NCBI GenBank assembly: GCA_021613535.1
Contig: CP075496.1
Span: forward strand, 11,532,001-11,596,000
Direction of reading: 5' to 3'
DNA length: 64,000 nucleotides
From: Adineta vaga
Taxonomy: Eukaryota; Animalia; Rotifera
Shown piece by piece: positions 26,230-41,394 of this stretch (positions are counted from its first letter, which is position 1; each line of letters begins with the position of its first letter). A program made the translations under genes and the position numbers. The notes under the pieces were generated by a model, which saw nothing but the letters and a program-made list of their open reading frames with translations, searched no databases and was not told the origin of the DNA.

Positions 26230-28430
26230 GAAAATGTGTTACGAATGAATAATACTGTTCTTTAAAATGTCTTCACCGTGAAATACTAAAGATAGAATAT
26301 TGAAGTTTTAGAATGTAAAGCGAAGTTAAAATAAAGAAAATGTTACTGATAACAGTATATGGTAAAAAGATAATCAAAATTGTGATTGTCAAAAACAGAG
26401 TTGAAACAGAACGAAGATAAATGTGAACATATAGGTAGATGTGAATAAGATTGTAATCTTCTCTAACAACTACTCACTTTCTTGCAAATTAAATGGTTCT
26501 TTTTCATTGTATTAAATGACGATAAGCTAAATTTTCACATAAAATTCTATTAACTAGACGTATCGTATGGAAGAAGAAATCTATTAGCATTCAAGGACAA
26601 GCAGCATAGTGTCATTTCTTTCTGGCCAATGTCGATGTTATCGGAGTTTCTTTTTTCTCTTATTGTAGGGCATAGAGAAGGAGAAAAAGAAGAAAAATCT
26701 GAGGAGACGAAGAGATTCATTTGTCCTTTATTGCAAGGCTAAACGAGCGCACCTTCTATAAGAATTAATATATAAAAATATTCTTTTTGGCGATACTTTT
26801 TCTTAATTCCCACGGAGACGACTTAATAACAGATTTTTTATTACCATGTCATCTTTTACAAAATATATATCAGTTGAAAACTTCGCCCATCAAGTTAAAT
26901 ACAGAAAAAAAAACGTAGCAAGCATTCACGATGACATTTTTGGTAAAAGACCATAAGAAAATGTGGTGACACACCTATTCACAATGAACGTATGAAAACG
27001 TAAATCAATCCTTCATATTTATGCCTATTTCGAATGTAATCATATCGCTACGATCATCTATATTACACAATATTTAGCTCTCGAATATATATATTTGATA
27101 CATACATTTAAACCTTCATAATTTATGATAATAAATGACCGATATAAGAAGAAGTTTTTTTTGACAAAAAAGTATGAACGTTTTTCTTTTATTAACGAAT
27201 CAGACTCACTCAATGAGGAAAAAAACGAAGGAAAGAATAGTTCTACACGCTATTCACTGGCTACGAAGATCTACACAAATTCCACTTCGATTACTATACC
27301 CATCTGCTTGTTAATCACACATACATACTATGGAAGCATGCCGGATTTAGTTTTTCCTCCCTTTTTCTTCTTTCTGACAACAATAGACACGCAAGACCTC
27401 CTACACTCAATCTCTTATACTCAACTCAATTAATACTTAGCATACAAGTCAGTACAAGATAATGAATAAAATCAAGTTTAAGCCTTCATTCTTTTCTTGA
27501 TATTCAATAGACAATACTGATCAAAACTGACAAAATCAAAATCGTATAAAAATTAATTTTTTCTCTTCTAGCGATAGAAAATAAGAATATAATCAAAATA
27601 GATTTATGTGTCATGTTCTTTTTTTCCAATGCACAAGACAGATGGTTTCAATTGAATAAATTACGACATGGCATCAGTTTGTCCATTGATATCAAACAGA
27701 GAATCTATGCAAATTCATTTTAAAATAGAAAACCAATATTAGCAAAATTGTCGATCGTCGAAAACCACAAAGAATAGATCGTTTTTGAAAACAAAAGCAA
27801 ATGCAAGATGAAGCTTCAGACTTGATTGCAATCACAAACAGACAAAAATCTTTTTCTTACAATTTACTTTCGATTAGTTGCCTGCATCAATATACCCATT
27901 TATCTTCAATATGTCACAAACACACTTTATTGCCAATGAGAATGCAAATATTGACCTGTGCTCTTTTTTCTTCTTTGTTTTTCATTACTCTTCGTTTTTC
28001 TTTGTTTCGAAAAAAGTCATATACATAAATCGACAACACTCAAATGCATTTGTTTAGTTAACAACGGAAATAAAATGGAGCAAAAAAAGAAGAATTAACT
28101 GATTCAGTATCGGCAAAGAAAAACTAAATGAAAGATTGTTCGAAACCCACACAACGAAGGAAAAAATAAAACGAACGGAAATGAGAAAATGTTTTTCAGA
28201 CATGCACCGGAATATACCTGTAAATACACTAATACACACACACACACCTGAGAACAAGTCCGAAAAATAAATAAATAGATAGTATACGAAGACAAAAAGA
28301 AAATTTGATGAGTATCGAATGAGATTCACGACATAAAATATTATTTTGTTCCCAATGAAATGAGAGAGAAAAAGAAAAAAAAAGTATGACTAGATAATAA
28401 AGAATAATAATAAAATCACGATAGATACAT

Positions 28431-31400
28431 TCACATACAAATACCACTAAATGGACATCGTTCTTTTTCTTGATCAGTCTTACATATGCAATAGATTTGT
28501 GGAACATGATGTGAATCCCAATTTCCTAAATAATGATCATAGTTCAAATAAGACTAAATTCAATAATTAGAACAAACCTGGACCAGCAAGCACCGATATA
28601 TCATGTAAGCAACAAGGGATACGTTGCAATAATCGAAATTTATACAATAAACTTCGAGCCTAATAATCAAAATCAATTCATTTTGTTATTGTTATTCTTC
28701 TTTTCATCTTACTTTTTTCAACACAATTGATCCACTCATATGCATGGCAAGACTATTAAAATGTAAAAGCATATCATCTGTACCTAGATTTTGTTGAACA
28801 ATATCATCTCCATATACTGCCATGATACTTATACATATAAATAAATGAAAATAATCCGTTTGATAATGTGACCAACATGCTTCCCACATTCGTAAGGCTT
28901 CTAAATAGACAAATCTTCGGGTTTTTTTTAGATTAATAACTAGAGGAATAAACAACATCTATATCCCAAGGATGACACTTGCAATTTTCTTATTAATTAT
29001 TTAAATTCATTCAAAGATAGATCGATTCAAGAAAAGCTAATTTTTAATATTTATATATATATATACATACGCACCTCGTTCAGGAAATTCACGTTTAAAA
29101 CATAATAATATCCATCGATGAGCAAATAATAGATCAAGTCCATCGGATAATTGTGCACAATGTTCATAAAAAGCAGGTAACATTAATAATAATAGTTCAC
29201 GAAGATATCTCTAGAATAGATTTCATTTCATCGATTCAATGTCTCTCATTTTTCTCTGTACATACTAATTGTTTTTCCATGACATCATCGGTAGGCGTCG
29301 ATATAAATATTGTTCGATTCATCAATCCAACAAAACACCAAAAGGCATCGGATTCATTTTGTATAATTGTTAATATTGGTGCTAAAAGATCCGACATTCC
29401 TTGAGTATAACCCATTGTTGGACAATATGCAGCATAGTTAAGAAGAATTTCTCTAATAAAAACACATTTATGATATTAGAATACAATAAATTCTCATTTA
29501 CCTCATTACTCTTAGATTTGGATTATCATCACCTTTAAAATACGGATGTGATCGATCGGTACGTACAACATCTTTTTCAATAATAGCTTCAACATCATGA
29601 AAAAATTGAGTTTGTTCAGGATCATCAATGGCAACTTCTCTAGTAATAAAAAAACGTATTCTATAAGTAAAATTTTTGAATAAAATAACGCATACCGTCG
29701 TGCTCGAATCTTTTGATAATGTAAATATTTATTATGTCGAATTTGTTCACGTTGATCAAAAGTAGAATCAAATGGATAGAGATGAAGTAAGAATGGCCAC
29801 ACTTCTTTTGCTATAGTTGGATCGATACCAGCAAAAAATATCGTCTAAATAACAAATAGAATTTTATCAAATTAAATATTTATTCGTTCAGTCTTCCCTG
29901 AAATTGTATACATAATGTAATTCAAGGTATGTGGTTTATTCTTCTAACGAGACAATTAGATATGCATGAAAGATGTCTCGGATAGTTACTTTATTTTTGT
30001 TATTCTTTATTCTTTGCACGATCAAATAATTGTTGAAATTTTTAAAAAGGAACATTATACAAATAGTCTTCTGTCAAGTTAATGATGTTTTAAAAATGGC
30101 TCGGAATAATAGCTTATTGTGTAGTGTTATTTAACTGAAAGTCCAATCGAAAAATTCGATTATTCATTCTCAGAGTAGTATCTAATAAAATTTGCATAGA
30201 AAACATCCATATGAGATGTATGTGTGACATATTGTAAAGATATATTCTGCATGACTAATTGAATCTGTAATAAAAAAGAAAATTTACTTTTCTTATTTGA
30301 TGATTATCTTCGATTTGTCCTGATGAATTCATGTATGTTCTCCAATTATCCATTGTTATTAGATGATAACAACCTTCTTCGGGATGTAAATCACTTGAAT
30401 CAATAATTGGACGAACAACATTGAATTGATGACAATTAGCAAAACCACGACGAGTTTTTTCATAAGCAAATAAGTTCCATTCATTTAATATTTCAATCAA
30501 ACGATCAAGTCCACCATTATGAAAATGTAAAACTTTATATTGAGATTCACATGATGCAATAACTAATTGTCCACTACAACTTGCTCCATTGGGTGTATCG
30601 TCACAATAGAATAAACGTAATGAACGCATTTTACCAAGATCAACAGAAAAGACACCACAAAATTGTTCAGTAACAGTTCTTATAGCTTCATCATCTTCTA
30701 TACTTGACGTATTTTGTTCACATATACCTGATGTATTTTTCCAAAGATTCGTTTCTTTCATAAATGGTAAACTATCATCAATAACACGATTTGCTGATGG
30801 ATCAGTTGTTTCACTACTATCGAATGGATCATCAATATCTTGTTCATCAAGAATTTCATCAGGTCCTTCAGTTAAATCTGATGTGATGGATTCTTGTCTC
30901 ATATAAGATTTGTCATCTAAGGCATCTTCATATTGTTCATCGGATGAATGACGACGATTCTCAATTGTTCCTTGTGCAATTGGTGATAATAATGGATTAT
31001 TTGAGTTCGGTCCATGGTATCCGCTATCAATTGTTCGAGATAATGAATGACGTGGAGTAGATGTTGGCGGTTGATTAGAATTCGTATTTATCGATGGTGA
31101 GGAAATTTCATCAGATGCTGGTGATGGTTGAGATGTACTGGAACGATTTTTCAATGTTGAATTTGGTATCCAGGTTAAAATTAATGTTGAACCAAATTGT
31201 GGACTATTTTGACATTTAATACAGAGATAACCTGGATGATGAAGTGTATATGAATGTAAACGTGATGGTGGATGAACACATATATTGTTTTTTGAAAAGA
31301 CAATTTCACCATCTAATGGAGGACATTTGTTCTTTATTAGAGATGTTGTTGATGCTGGTACAGAAAATGAAGTTGTACGATTAGTTAAAAGATTTGAAGC

Positions 31401-31505
31401 GCGACGAATAATTGATGTAACAGAATTTTTTGATGTCGAGAAAGATGTTTGATTATTTCGTGGTGTTGAAGGAACTGATGAGATTTTCTTATTTAAATTT
31501 GACAT
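28431..31505 (-). CDS. TBC1D16: TBC domain Rab-GAP, TBC1D16-like
   Basis: DGEIVFSKNNICVHP, VFSVDLGKMRSLRLF, FHNGGLDRL; TBC motifs KDVVRTDR, GYTQGMSDL and HRWILLCFKREF; C-terminus WDSHHVPQIYC. Confidence 0.88.
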
Positions 31506-32923
31506 AATAGACGAAGAGAAATGCTAAAAGAAAAGGCAAATGATGATAGCTTTTTTTTTCATGACAATTTTCTTTGAGATCTTCTGTCAAAGGAAAAGAA
31601 AAGATAATATCTTTTTGAAAAATAAATATAAAACTAGTGTCATCTTTAGGAGACAATACGAGAAAACCAGTAATGGTTTTGTACAAATATTTATCTCGAG
31701 AAAACTTCCAATGTCATTCTGCTTAGAGTAACAGTGATATAAACATTTAATAATTAGATAGAAAGAAATTTTTTCGTTAAAAAATCTATTGGCTATTTCA
31801 GTTATCCAATGAGACACTTGTAATGATGTATACAAACAACTCAACTATTGTGAACTATTGAAAATACTAATGCATTTAATTAAGTAATATTGAAATTTGT
31901 TTTTTCAAAAAAAAACAAATATTTATCTATATTGAATGAGAAATTTTATTTTTTTTTAAATGTATTTATCATTGTTCAAGTGATTTATTTATTTTTGGTA
32001 TTTGAAATATTCATATAAAGTGTACTTTAAATTGAACAAGTAAGTTATGATTTATTTTCAACACATTTTTCATCTTATTTCGAATAAAAATATATTTGTG
32101 TACTGCAACAAATCGATAATTATCTTTAAGTCTATCGAAATTCTTTTATAAACTCTCGATATTAGCGTTCTCTGAGTTTGTCATTCTAACATCATGAAGC
32201 GTCACCTATGATTATCATAGATTATTCACCACGTAATAAGTCGACTGAATACATATGTTAACGTTATGGTCGCATATAATAATAAATCGATATTATTTTC
32301 AAGATTTATACTTGTTGACCTGCTTGCTTATGGATCTTTTCTTTCTACGACGGAAAAGAAAAATTATACAACATAGGAGAGCACACAGAGAGAGAGAGAT
32401 AGAGGTTACTATTTAAAGTACGTTAGGTTATAGTCGATTTCATCGTGCTATTACTCATAGTTGAATATTTGACACGTGCATATATATTCAAAAAATCTGA
32501 TGAAATATACTTCTTTTAGTGAGAAATAGGTAATGTATCGGATGAATTTGATCTTGGGAATATTTTCTTAGCTTTAAAAATGACAAGATTTATCTGAAGA
32601 ATCATTATCAAACAGATTAAATATAGTCAATACTTCTATCCTTTCTTGTGGTCGATCGCTGCAATGATTAGAACTCCAATAAAGTTGATTACAAATTGCA
32701 TATTCTCACTACTAATTAGATGAAACAACAAAATCCAACGTTCTTATTTGACAATGGAAAAAATATTATCTCTTCTTATTCTAGTACTAGTCCTTTGAGA
32801 ATAAGCTATCGTGTGTAAAAGAAAAGTAACTTATTCTCTAAATGAAACAAATCGTTTTCACACTGTTGACTTGTAAATCAGCATCCTTCTCACGTTTTCT
32901 CTTTTCTAGAACGGCACCTCGTG

Positions 32924-35729
32924 ATGATTTCGACAGATTCCAACGATAATATCGATGATGTAGCTATCCTCGATATTACCACTCAAACCGATGATGATCA
33001 ACAACCATTATTAACTACTCCGACTGAACAAAATAATTCTGTTTTATTAACACCTAATGTTGATACAATTCTTGTTCCATCGACTTCTCGGTATCCCTTA
33101 ACGGTTATTCTTTATATCTTACTTTTCATTGAATTTCTTACAATGTTAATTATTTGGTTGATAGGTAATAATTCTTTTTAATTTAATATTATAAATATCG
33201 AAATTCTTCATACATAGGTTATTCAACACATTCCCTTATTGATGATATTATTCATTATCAATTAACAACGTCTATCTTTGATCTTGTTGCAATCTCTATT
33301 TTTAAACTAGTATCTTTAATTATTTTATTAACTGAATTAGAAAGATTCGTAATAAATCGTTTACGTCATCCAAACGCACGTATATTATTTACTTTTATAC
33401 GTTATTCCACAACGATTTTACTTCTTCTATTAGCTGCTTGTTCCTTAGCATTTGCTATTATTAAATTAATCTTTGTCTTACATGAATCTAAATTAAATAC
33501 ACTTTACCTGTCGACTGTGTATGCATTTCTAGTCTTTTCATCGATTGAATTAATTGGAGTGATTTTAATGATACCATATTTATCTCGAATAAAATTAGTT
33601 CCACAATCACAATCAACAGTAATGAAAAAAAAAGTTGATTTAAAACGATTATTTTCATTAGCGAAATCTGAACGATTTTTTATTTCGATTGGTACATTTT
33701 TCTTATTTGTATCAAGTGCAACACAAATTGCTCTACCATATTATTTTGGTAAAATTGTTGATGATGCCATAACATCTGCAACGATGCGTTCAGTTAATAC
33801 CAATGTGCTGATATTGTTAGGCATTAATTGTGTTGGTGCATTAGCTTCGTTTTTTCGTGCATGGGTGTTTGAATTAGCTGGACAGTAAGTTTTTGAAGAA
33901 TATTTTATTACTGAATATTCATGATTTTGATTTTTTCTAGACGGATCGTGTATCGTCTTCGTCAGAATATATTTGATTCAATTATGAAACAAGAGGTTGC
34001 TTTTTTTGACGATACTCGTACCGGTGAATTAACAAATCGATTATCAAGTGATACACAAGTACTACAGAATGCAGTGACGGTCAATATATCAATGCTTCTC
34101 CGTTTTATTCTACAAATTCTTGGTAGTCTTATAATTATGTTTTATTTGGAAGTCACATTGACACTTGTTCTAATGGTTGTTGTACCAGTTATTGTGCTTA
34201 TTGCAAAAATATATGGTTCAAGTGTACAAAAGTTACGAAAACAATTTCAAGATGAATTAGCTGGAGCAGGAACAACAGCAGAAGAGTCAATATCAAATAT
34301 TCGTAAGTAGTTTTTAACGAAATGAGAGATTTCCTTTTGAATGATTTCTTCTAGGAACTGTACGTATATTTGGCGCAGAAAAGAAAGTTAGCAGCCATTA
34401 TCATGAAAATCTATTGAAAACATATGAAATTGGAAAGAAATTAGCATTGAATAGTGGTATATTTATGGGTGTAATTGGTATATTAACAGCTGGTGGTATA
34501 TCAGTTGTATTATGGTAAGATATTAAATTTGATTTTACTAAAAAAGAAAACTATGTTCTTTTTTTTTAGGTATGGAGCAAAATTAGTACACGACAAGAAA
34601 TTATCTGCTGGCCTTCTTGCTTCTTTTCTCATGTATATGTTACAAGTAGCAATAGCATTTGGTTTACTTGCTTCATTATTTGGTGGTATGTGTCATATTT
34701 TGATATGAATACTTGCATATTTTGTTTCCTTTTTTTTGAAGATTTTATGCAAGCAGTTGGTGCTAGTGAACGAATCTTCGATTTACTTGATCGAAAACCT
34801 AAAATTCCTTCAACAAAAAATCCAATTTGTTCCACTATACCAAAAGATTTTAATGGCAATGTTCGTCTTGACAAAGTCTTTTTTACATATCCAACACGTT
34901 CAGATCAACAAATTCTTCGAGATATAACATTTGAAATCAAATCTGGACAAAAAGTCGCATTAGTTGGACCGTCTGGTGGTGGTAAAAGTACGATTGCATC
35001 ATTAATTGAACGATTTTATGATCCCGATTCAGGAACAATTGTTTTTGATTCACATCTATTAACATCTATTGATCCCGAATGGTTACGTAATAATGTTTCT
35101 TTTGTTAATCAAGAACCTTCATTATTTGCATGTTCAATCCGTGATAATATTACATTTGGTCTTGATAGAACCGATATATCATTAGATGAAATTCAAGCAG
35201 CTGCTAAACAAGCGAATGCACATGATTTTATTGAAGAATTTGAAAATAAATATGATACATTAGTTGGTGAACGTGGTGTTCGTTTATCTGGTGGACAACG
35301 ACAGCGTATAGCAAGTATGCAAATGATTTCATTTTATTTTTATAGATAAATAAATATATGATCGACTTTAGTTGCACGAGCTTTATTAATGAGTCCAAAA
35401 TTATTATTACTTGACGAAGCAACAAGTGCACTTGATGCTGAAAGTGAACATTTAGTTCAAGAAGCTATTGAACGAGCAATGATTAATCGAACAGTTCTTG
35501 TTATTGCACATCGGTTATCAACTGTACGAAATGCTGATTTAGTTATTGTTATTGATCATGGTACAATTGTCGAACAAGTAATTTGAAGAATGAATTTTAA
35601 AATGATTTACTCTTTTCATTTCACTAGGGTACACATGATTCTCTTTTGACAAAAGAAGATGGTATATATAAAAAATTGGTTCTTCGTCAGCTGATGGCAG
35701 GAAATGATTCTATAACGATGACCGAATGA
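32924..35729 (+). CDS. ABCB half transporter with extra N-terminal TM domain (ABCB9/TAPL/ABCB10-like)
   Basis: [18 protein letters not shown], Walker [10 protein letters not shown], signature LSGGQRQR, Walker [12 protein letters not shown] and IAHRLST. Confidence 0.92.
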
Positions 35730-35890
35730 AATTATTCTGGTGATTCAAATGACTGTCTTTCATTTACTTCAAAATCGGATTTGATCAACAATTACAATAT
35801 GTTTTTTTTGATAATAAATTTCCTCGTATTCACTTTTCTTCTATCTTTTTTTTCTCGAGCTCTTTCCATTCATCGTGTTTGTTTTTCTAG

Positions 35891-36563
35891 ATGGCAGGAT
35901 TGTTTGATGACTGTCTTCCGCTATCGTATTATTATGAAAAACTCAATTTAGATCGATTTGAAGTCAAAGAAAATCGAAATACAATTGCATCAATCGCTGC
36001 TGGCTCATTGGTATGGATAATCGATTAAATATGATGAATTTTAGTTCCTATTTATGGATTTTAGTTTGCAATTGGTTGGTGGTTGATCATCGATGTTTGT
36101 ATTCGATATCCAACAAATGATGAGTTTCATAAAGCTCTTCTTACAATTGGAATCATCGCATCATTGGCTTTACTTTTGTAAATTTTAGTGTCTTTTCTCA
36201 GATTTATTTTACATCTTGAAATATTATCTTTAGCGTCAATTCAATATCCAATTCACGTTTTCGTGGTGATTACTATCGTGATGGATGTGTAGGTGCAGTA
36301 TTTGCACGAGCTATTCTCTTCCTAGCATTTCTCTTCGTCTTCGGGAGTGTCATTGCGGGTGCTTGGATTATGATAGCATTATATATGATTCCAAATGCCA
36401 AAGATATATATCCAGGTGTGGCACTTTTTATTCAAACTTTACTCATTTTTAGCAGGTAACGTTTTCACTTCGTTTATTCATTCGAATTTCACATTGGAAA
36501 AATTTTGTTTCTTTTGATTCTAGTACACTGATACTCAAATTCGGTCGAACGGAAGATGAGTGA
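35891..36563 (+). CDS. TMEM50: TMEM50/Vps68 family membrane protein (4 exons; absent from the ORF track)
   Basis: MAGLFDDC...RNTIASIAAGSLFAIGWWLIID...NSISN...YPGVALFIQTLLIFSSTLILKFGRTEDE*. Confidence 0.88.
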
Positions 36564-37633
36564 ACATTTTTAATTGTTCTAACTTTGTAAATTGTATTCG
36601 TAGTTGATCTCATTCTTCACTATTTGTCTCGACACATTAATGTGCATTTTTTTATAATCAGTTTTCTCTTGTGATGCGATTTTAAAATACAAAATAAACC
36701 GAGGGAAAACTTTCAAAAGATTCAAATTAAAACCCTTTCGTCTTCCTTCTAAATACAAAATGACAGGTTTTTTTTTCTTCTTTCATAATGAAAAAATGAC
36801 ATAGTATTCTCTGTTTAAGGCGACTCATGTATTCCACTTGTTTAAATGAAACAGAACTGAATATGACAAAATCCAGCAAAGAGAGTATATGGCAAAAAAA
36901 TACCTGTCATTTCCATAAACGATGAAACTTTGATTGATTGAAAGAACGTTCTTGTGTTTTTATGCCAAAAATCTTATCTATAAAAAGACTGAAATATCAG
37001 ACGCTGATGAAAACTCTCAACGCTAGTTGCAATTTGTAATATATTCTTAGAGACGGACAAAAATGTTCTAAAAGATAATTTTAATCTCAGAACTTGCTCA
37101 ATACAAAAAGAATTGAGTTATGACTTTTCTATGATTATGCAATTATTGAAAGAAACCTTTTCAACACGATGCTTTGTTACGTCCGTAATACTTATTTCCA
37201 TGAAATTCTCTCTTTTTCTCTCTCTAAATTCAAATAGAAACACAAATCAACTATTTCTTCACATCACAACATCAATTTCCTATATTCAAGAACTAATGTA
37301 TATGCATCAATGTCATTTTCTCTGAAATGATTTTTAAATGAACTATATATATATATATATCTTTATTAAACAATAGTATGCTACACTCACACATGACGAC
37401 ATAGAAATCAGACTTTTTCTTTTCCTTTGCGTTCTTTTTTTCTGTCGTTTCCATCATGCTAGTCACTATTTCCGGTCATAGACATTTTTTTTTGTTCGTT
37501 CGTATAGTCTAGCATCTTTTCAACTGAAGGAAGGAAAAAGAAAAAAAGAGCTGATGCAGAAAAAACTCTAATGTCGAAGTAGTTTTCTTCTCCGTTTGAT
37601 TTTATTCAAGAAAATATTCAGAATATTTAAGCA

Positions 37634-39570
37634 ATGGATGAGAATTTCTTACGTCATTGCTATGTTATACGAAATTCTGAACATCAACAACAACATAATC
37701 ATCGATATACTCGTTTTGATGATCATCGTTCATTTACAGAACAACAATCACAACAACAATCAGCATTAACACCACCCATTGATCGATATCATGTTGTCTA
37801 TTTTGCATTATTCTGTTGTGGAATCGGATTTCTTCTACCTTATTCAATTTATATCACATGTGTAGATTATTTTCATTTACAATTTCCACAAACTTCAATT
37901 ATATTTCATTTAAATTTTATTTATATTATTGTTGCCTTTGGAACAGTTCTATTTAGTAATATTATTGCAAATATAATTTCCGTTAAACGTCGTGTGATAT
38001 TTGGTTATTGTCTAACATTAATTATCCTTATGTTCATTACAATTTTTTGTGTTGGTTTGGAAATTTTTCCTCGACAATTGTCCTATTCAATTTTTCTACT
38101 ATCCGTTGCTATTTTAGCAATTGGTTGTACACGTAAGATTTAATTTCTCTCAAAGAATAGTTCATTATGTGTATTTTGTTTTAGTACAACAATCAAGTTT
38201 CTATGGATTAACAAGTATGTTACCATATCGATATACACAAGCTGTGATGACAGGTGAAAGTATGTATTCTTGATTGTAAGAGAATCATCTGAAGAATAGT
38301 TATCAATGAATTTTTTTTCTAACAGGTTTCGCTGGTTTACTTGCATCTTGGTAAGAAAATTGTCGTTTTCATCGAGAATGTTTAAGACTTCCGATTCTAT
38401 GTTATATATATATACATATCTTCTTTTCTTTCTTCGATTTTCAGTGCTCGGATTAGTACTAATTTATTCATGCCAAATGATAGTCATTTGAGCACAATAT
38501 TATTCTTCTCAATTGGTCTTCTTTTTGTTCAATTTTGTTTTATTTTTTATCTTTTAATTCAACGTTCGACTTTTATTGAATACTATGTTCGTCAATGTGA
38601 AAATGCAAAACGAAATGAAGATGTTGAATTTCAAATTCGATGTCATGCAGCATCAATTAACTCTAAACAGGCGATTATTGATGAAACTGTTAGTCGTTTG
38701 TTTTTGTCTTCATTTTCTTTAGTTTTACATTGAACCTTCTCTTTCTCATTTATTCAAGGAAGAAACACTTGAAGCAAATACAACATCCATTCAAGAACCT
38801 CAATTTGGTATTTTAACCGTTGATACATTTGATGATCAACAACAACCAATTATTCCAACACATTATGAATATTCAATGAAACTATGGTTCCGAATCAAAC
38901 GTAAATTTGTATAGTTTTTTTTTACAAATAGATTTGACAGTCTATTTGTTCTCTCACAGGTGAATGGTATCGTCGAGTAGATTGTATACGAACAATATGG
39001 CCGTATATGATTTCTATTGCGTGTACATATTTAGTAACTTTATCTCTATTCCCTGGTGTCGAATCAGAAATGATCAATTGCCAATGGCGTGAATGGTTAC
39101 CAATTATTTTAATGGCTTTATTTAATATATTTGATGTTTTTGGTAAAATTATTGCACTTACTGCTCATCAAATGTTTTCACCAATAAAATTGGTTATCTG
39201 CAGTCTTCTTCGTTTGATCTATGTGCCATTAATGATTTTATGTATTTTACCGAAACATTCACCATTATTATCCAATACATTTTGGCAATTTTTTCTTTCA
39301 AGTACTCTTGGAATGACTAACGGATATTTTGGTAGTGTGCCAATGATTCGTGCACCATTAACAATGATTGAAGAACGAAAAGAATTAACCGGAAATTTAA
39401 TGATGTTTTCATATTCCGTCGGATTAACATTTGGTAGTTTACTGTCCTATTTATTAGATGGTATCATCGGTCAAAGTACTGGCGTTGATTGGTGTCAACC
39501 AATATCACTACTCAATCAAACAATATGGAATATCATTAATAATAGCACTAATAATGATAACAACTCTTGA
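37634..39570 (+). CDS. Equilibrative nucleoside transporter (SLC29A4/ENT4-like)
   Basis: PIDRYHVVYF..GIGFLLPY, QAVMTGESFAG, TLSLFPG, FNIFDVFGK and GMTNGYFGSVPMI. Confidence 0.9.
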
Positions 39571-39778
39571 TATTTCAACTAATCTATCATCATTTAATCG
39601 ATAACAACAACCAAAATACGCAATATGATACTTGATATATCGATATTACAGAGACCATAACTAGCAAAACCTTTTATCTCCAATAATTGTTTATATATAT
39701 ACGCACATCTATACCTTCCTTTTCACAAACATATCCTATCGTTTACGAATCTTCGATTAATACATATCTATCTAAATC

Positions 39779-40227
39779 ATGTTATTGAAATCTTTTTGGT
39801 TAGGTATAGAACATAGATACATATTTTGTAACGAAATATATGTATTAGTTGTTGTTCGATTTTAGTGCTTCTTGTTGTATTGATTATTTGTCAAGCAAAA
39901 CCATTCGCCGATGAAGATGATGACGATGATAATGAACTTGATTATGATAAATTATTGAATGAGTTACGATCACTTAATGTCGATGAATTAACGGATTTAA
40001 TTCAATTACTTTCATCTGAATATACGAGAGAAACAGCACGAGAACTTGCTAGCAATTTTCTACATCATTCAAGAAATACAGAACAATTTTCTAAACGTGA
40101 TGCATTATGGACAACAACAGAAGTTCTTGACTGTATTCGACGTTTAAAACATTATAATAACGGTTCAAAACTTGATCTTGTTACTGAAATGCTCAATTGT
40201 TATCGTCGTTTAAAACATAATGGTTAA
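39779..40227 (+). CDS. Small secreted prepropeptide (prohormone/neuropeptide- or AMP-like precursor)
   Basis: Exons 39779-39803 and 39866-40227 give a signal peptide, acidic pro-region, KR site, 2-Cys mature region and terminal Gly. Confidence 0.7.
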
Positions 40228-40378
40228 GAACATTTGAAGCATTGATAATAATTCATTTCATAAATAATTTTGAACAAAAATAAAGATAAAATCAGAAACA
40301 TATTTTTCGCGCTTTCAGTATTTTTATAAATAATTTCAAATGAATTCTTGTCTTGAATGTATGTGTAAATAATCATCA

Positions 40379-41067
40379 ATGATTCCATATCATTTTAAAA
40401 ATGCACAGAAATTCAATTACAATAAAAAACAACATGAATTTAACGAGCATGAAAATGATGATCATTTGTTATTAGATTCATCAATATTAACATCAACAAG
40501 AGTACCATTTACAAGAAGTGCTATGTTTAATAACCATCTATCTTCGATTAGTAGTTCTTATCTTCTTTAGATACAGGAACAGTCAATGATATTAACGAAA
40601 AAGCTCAAAAACTAACTGATTGGTTTGCAATACTTTCCATATTCTTTGCTGCTGTTATTTGTCTGATTGCTGTGATCATTTTATGTAAACAAAAAATGTA
40701 CGTGTGAAAGAACTATTAATCATTATCGAATGTTTTTCTATGGTTAGAGACCATCAACATCATACCTATTCACGTATGAAACAACGACACTCAACAAATC
40801 GAAATCAAAATCGAAATAATAATCAAACATCATTGAATATCGTTGATGTTGCTGAATGTATTGATAATGACATCGATTTTGTTGCAGGACTTCAAATCCT
40901 TTTAGCAAAAGGTAGTTTAATTCTCAGTAATAGTGATGCTGAAATAGTGAGTGATAACTGTTTGTTCAATTTCAATTCATATCTATTTTCATTACTACTA
41001 GCTCAATTCAATGACAACCTTTGATCGTCTTCAATATTTCCAAAAATTGGCAAGCTATATTAAATAA
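40379..41067 (+). CDS. Small single-pass membrane protein of unknown function (exon structure tentative)
   Basis: TM exon near 40570-40697 (WFAILSIFFAAVICLIAVIILCK) plus downstream GT-AG-bounded exons ending QKLASYIK*. Confidence 0.45.
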
Positions 41068-41394
41068 TAATAGAAGGTTCTCTGTTAATCGTAGTTGATA
41101 CAAGAATATAAATGATTATTGTTTAATATTATTTTTTTGACGTCACTCAATATTTGACGAAGAGATCAGAAGCCCACTGGTTGTGGGTGCTTTGACATTT
41201 AAACCATTTTGTAAAGGTAGCAGACTGATTGATTAACGAAAAAAAGCAAGATTAAAAAACAAGAAACGTTATTTTATAAAGGTCAGATCAACTGTTTAAA
41301 ATCTTAGCCAAACATATTGTTGATACTACAGATATAAAAGTAAAAGAAAAGACAATAGAGTTCGTTATTAAAGATCAGTCTTTTGATAGATACA

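Noticed and set aside
27125-28507. Several 60-100 aa ORFs between the MCT and TBC1D16 genes
   Set aside because: Low-complexity Phe/Ile/Leu-rich translations of AT-rich UTR or intergenic DNA with no motifs.
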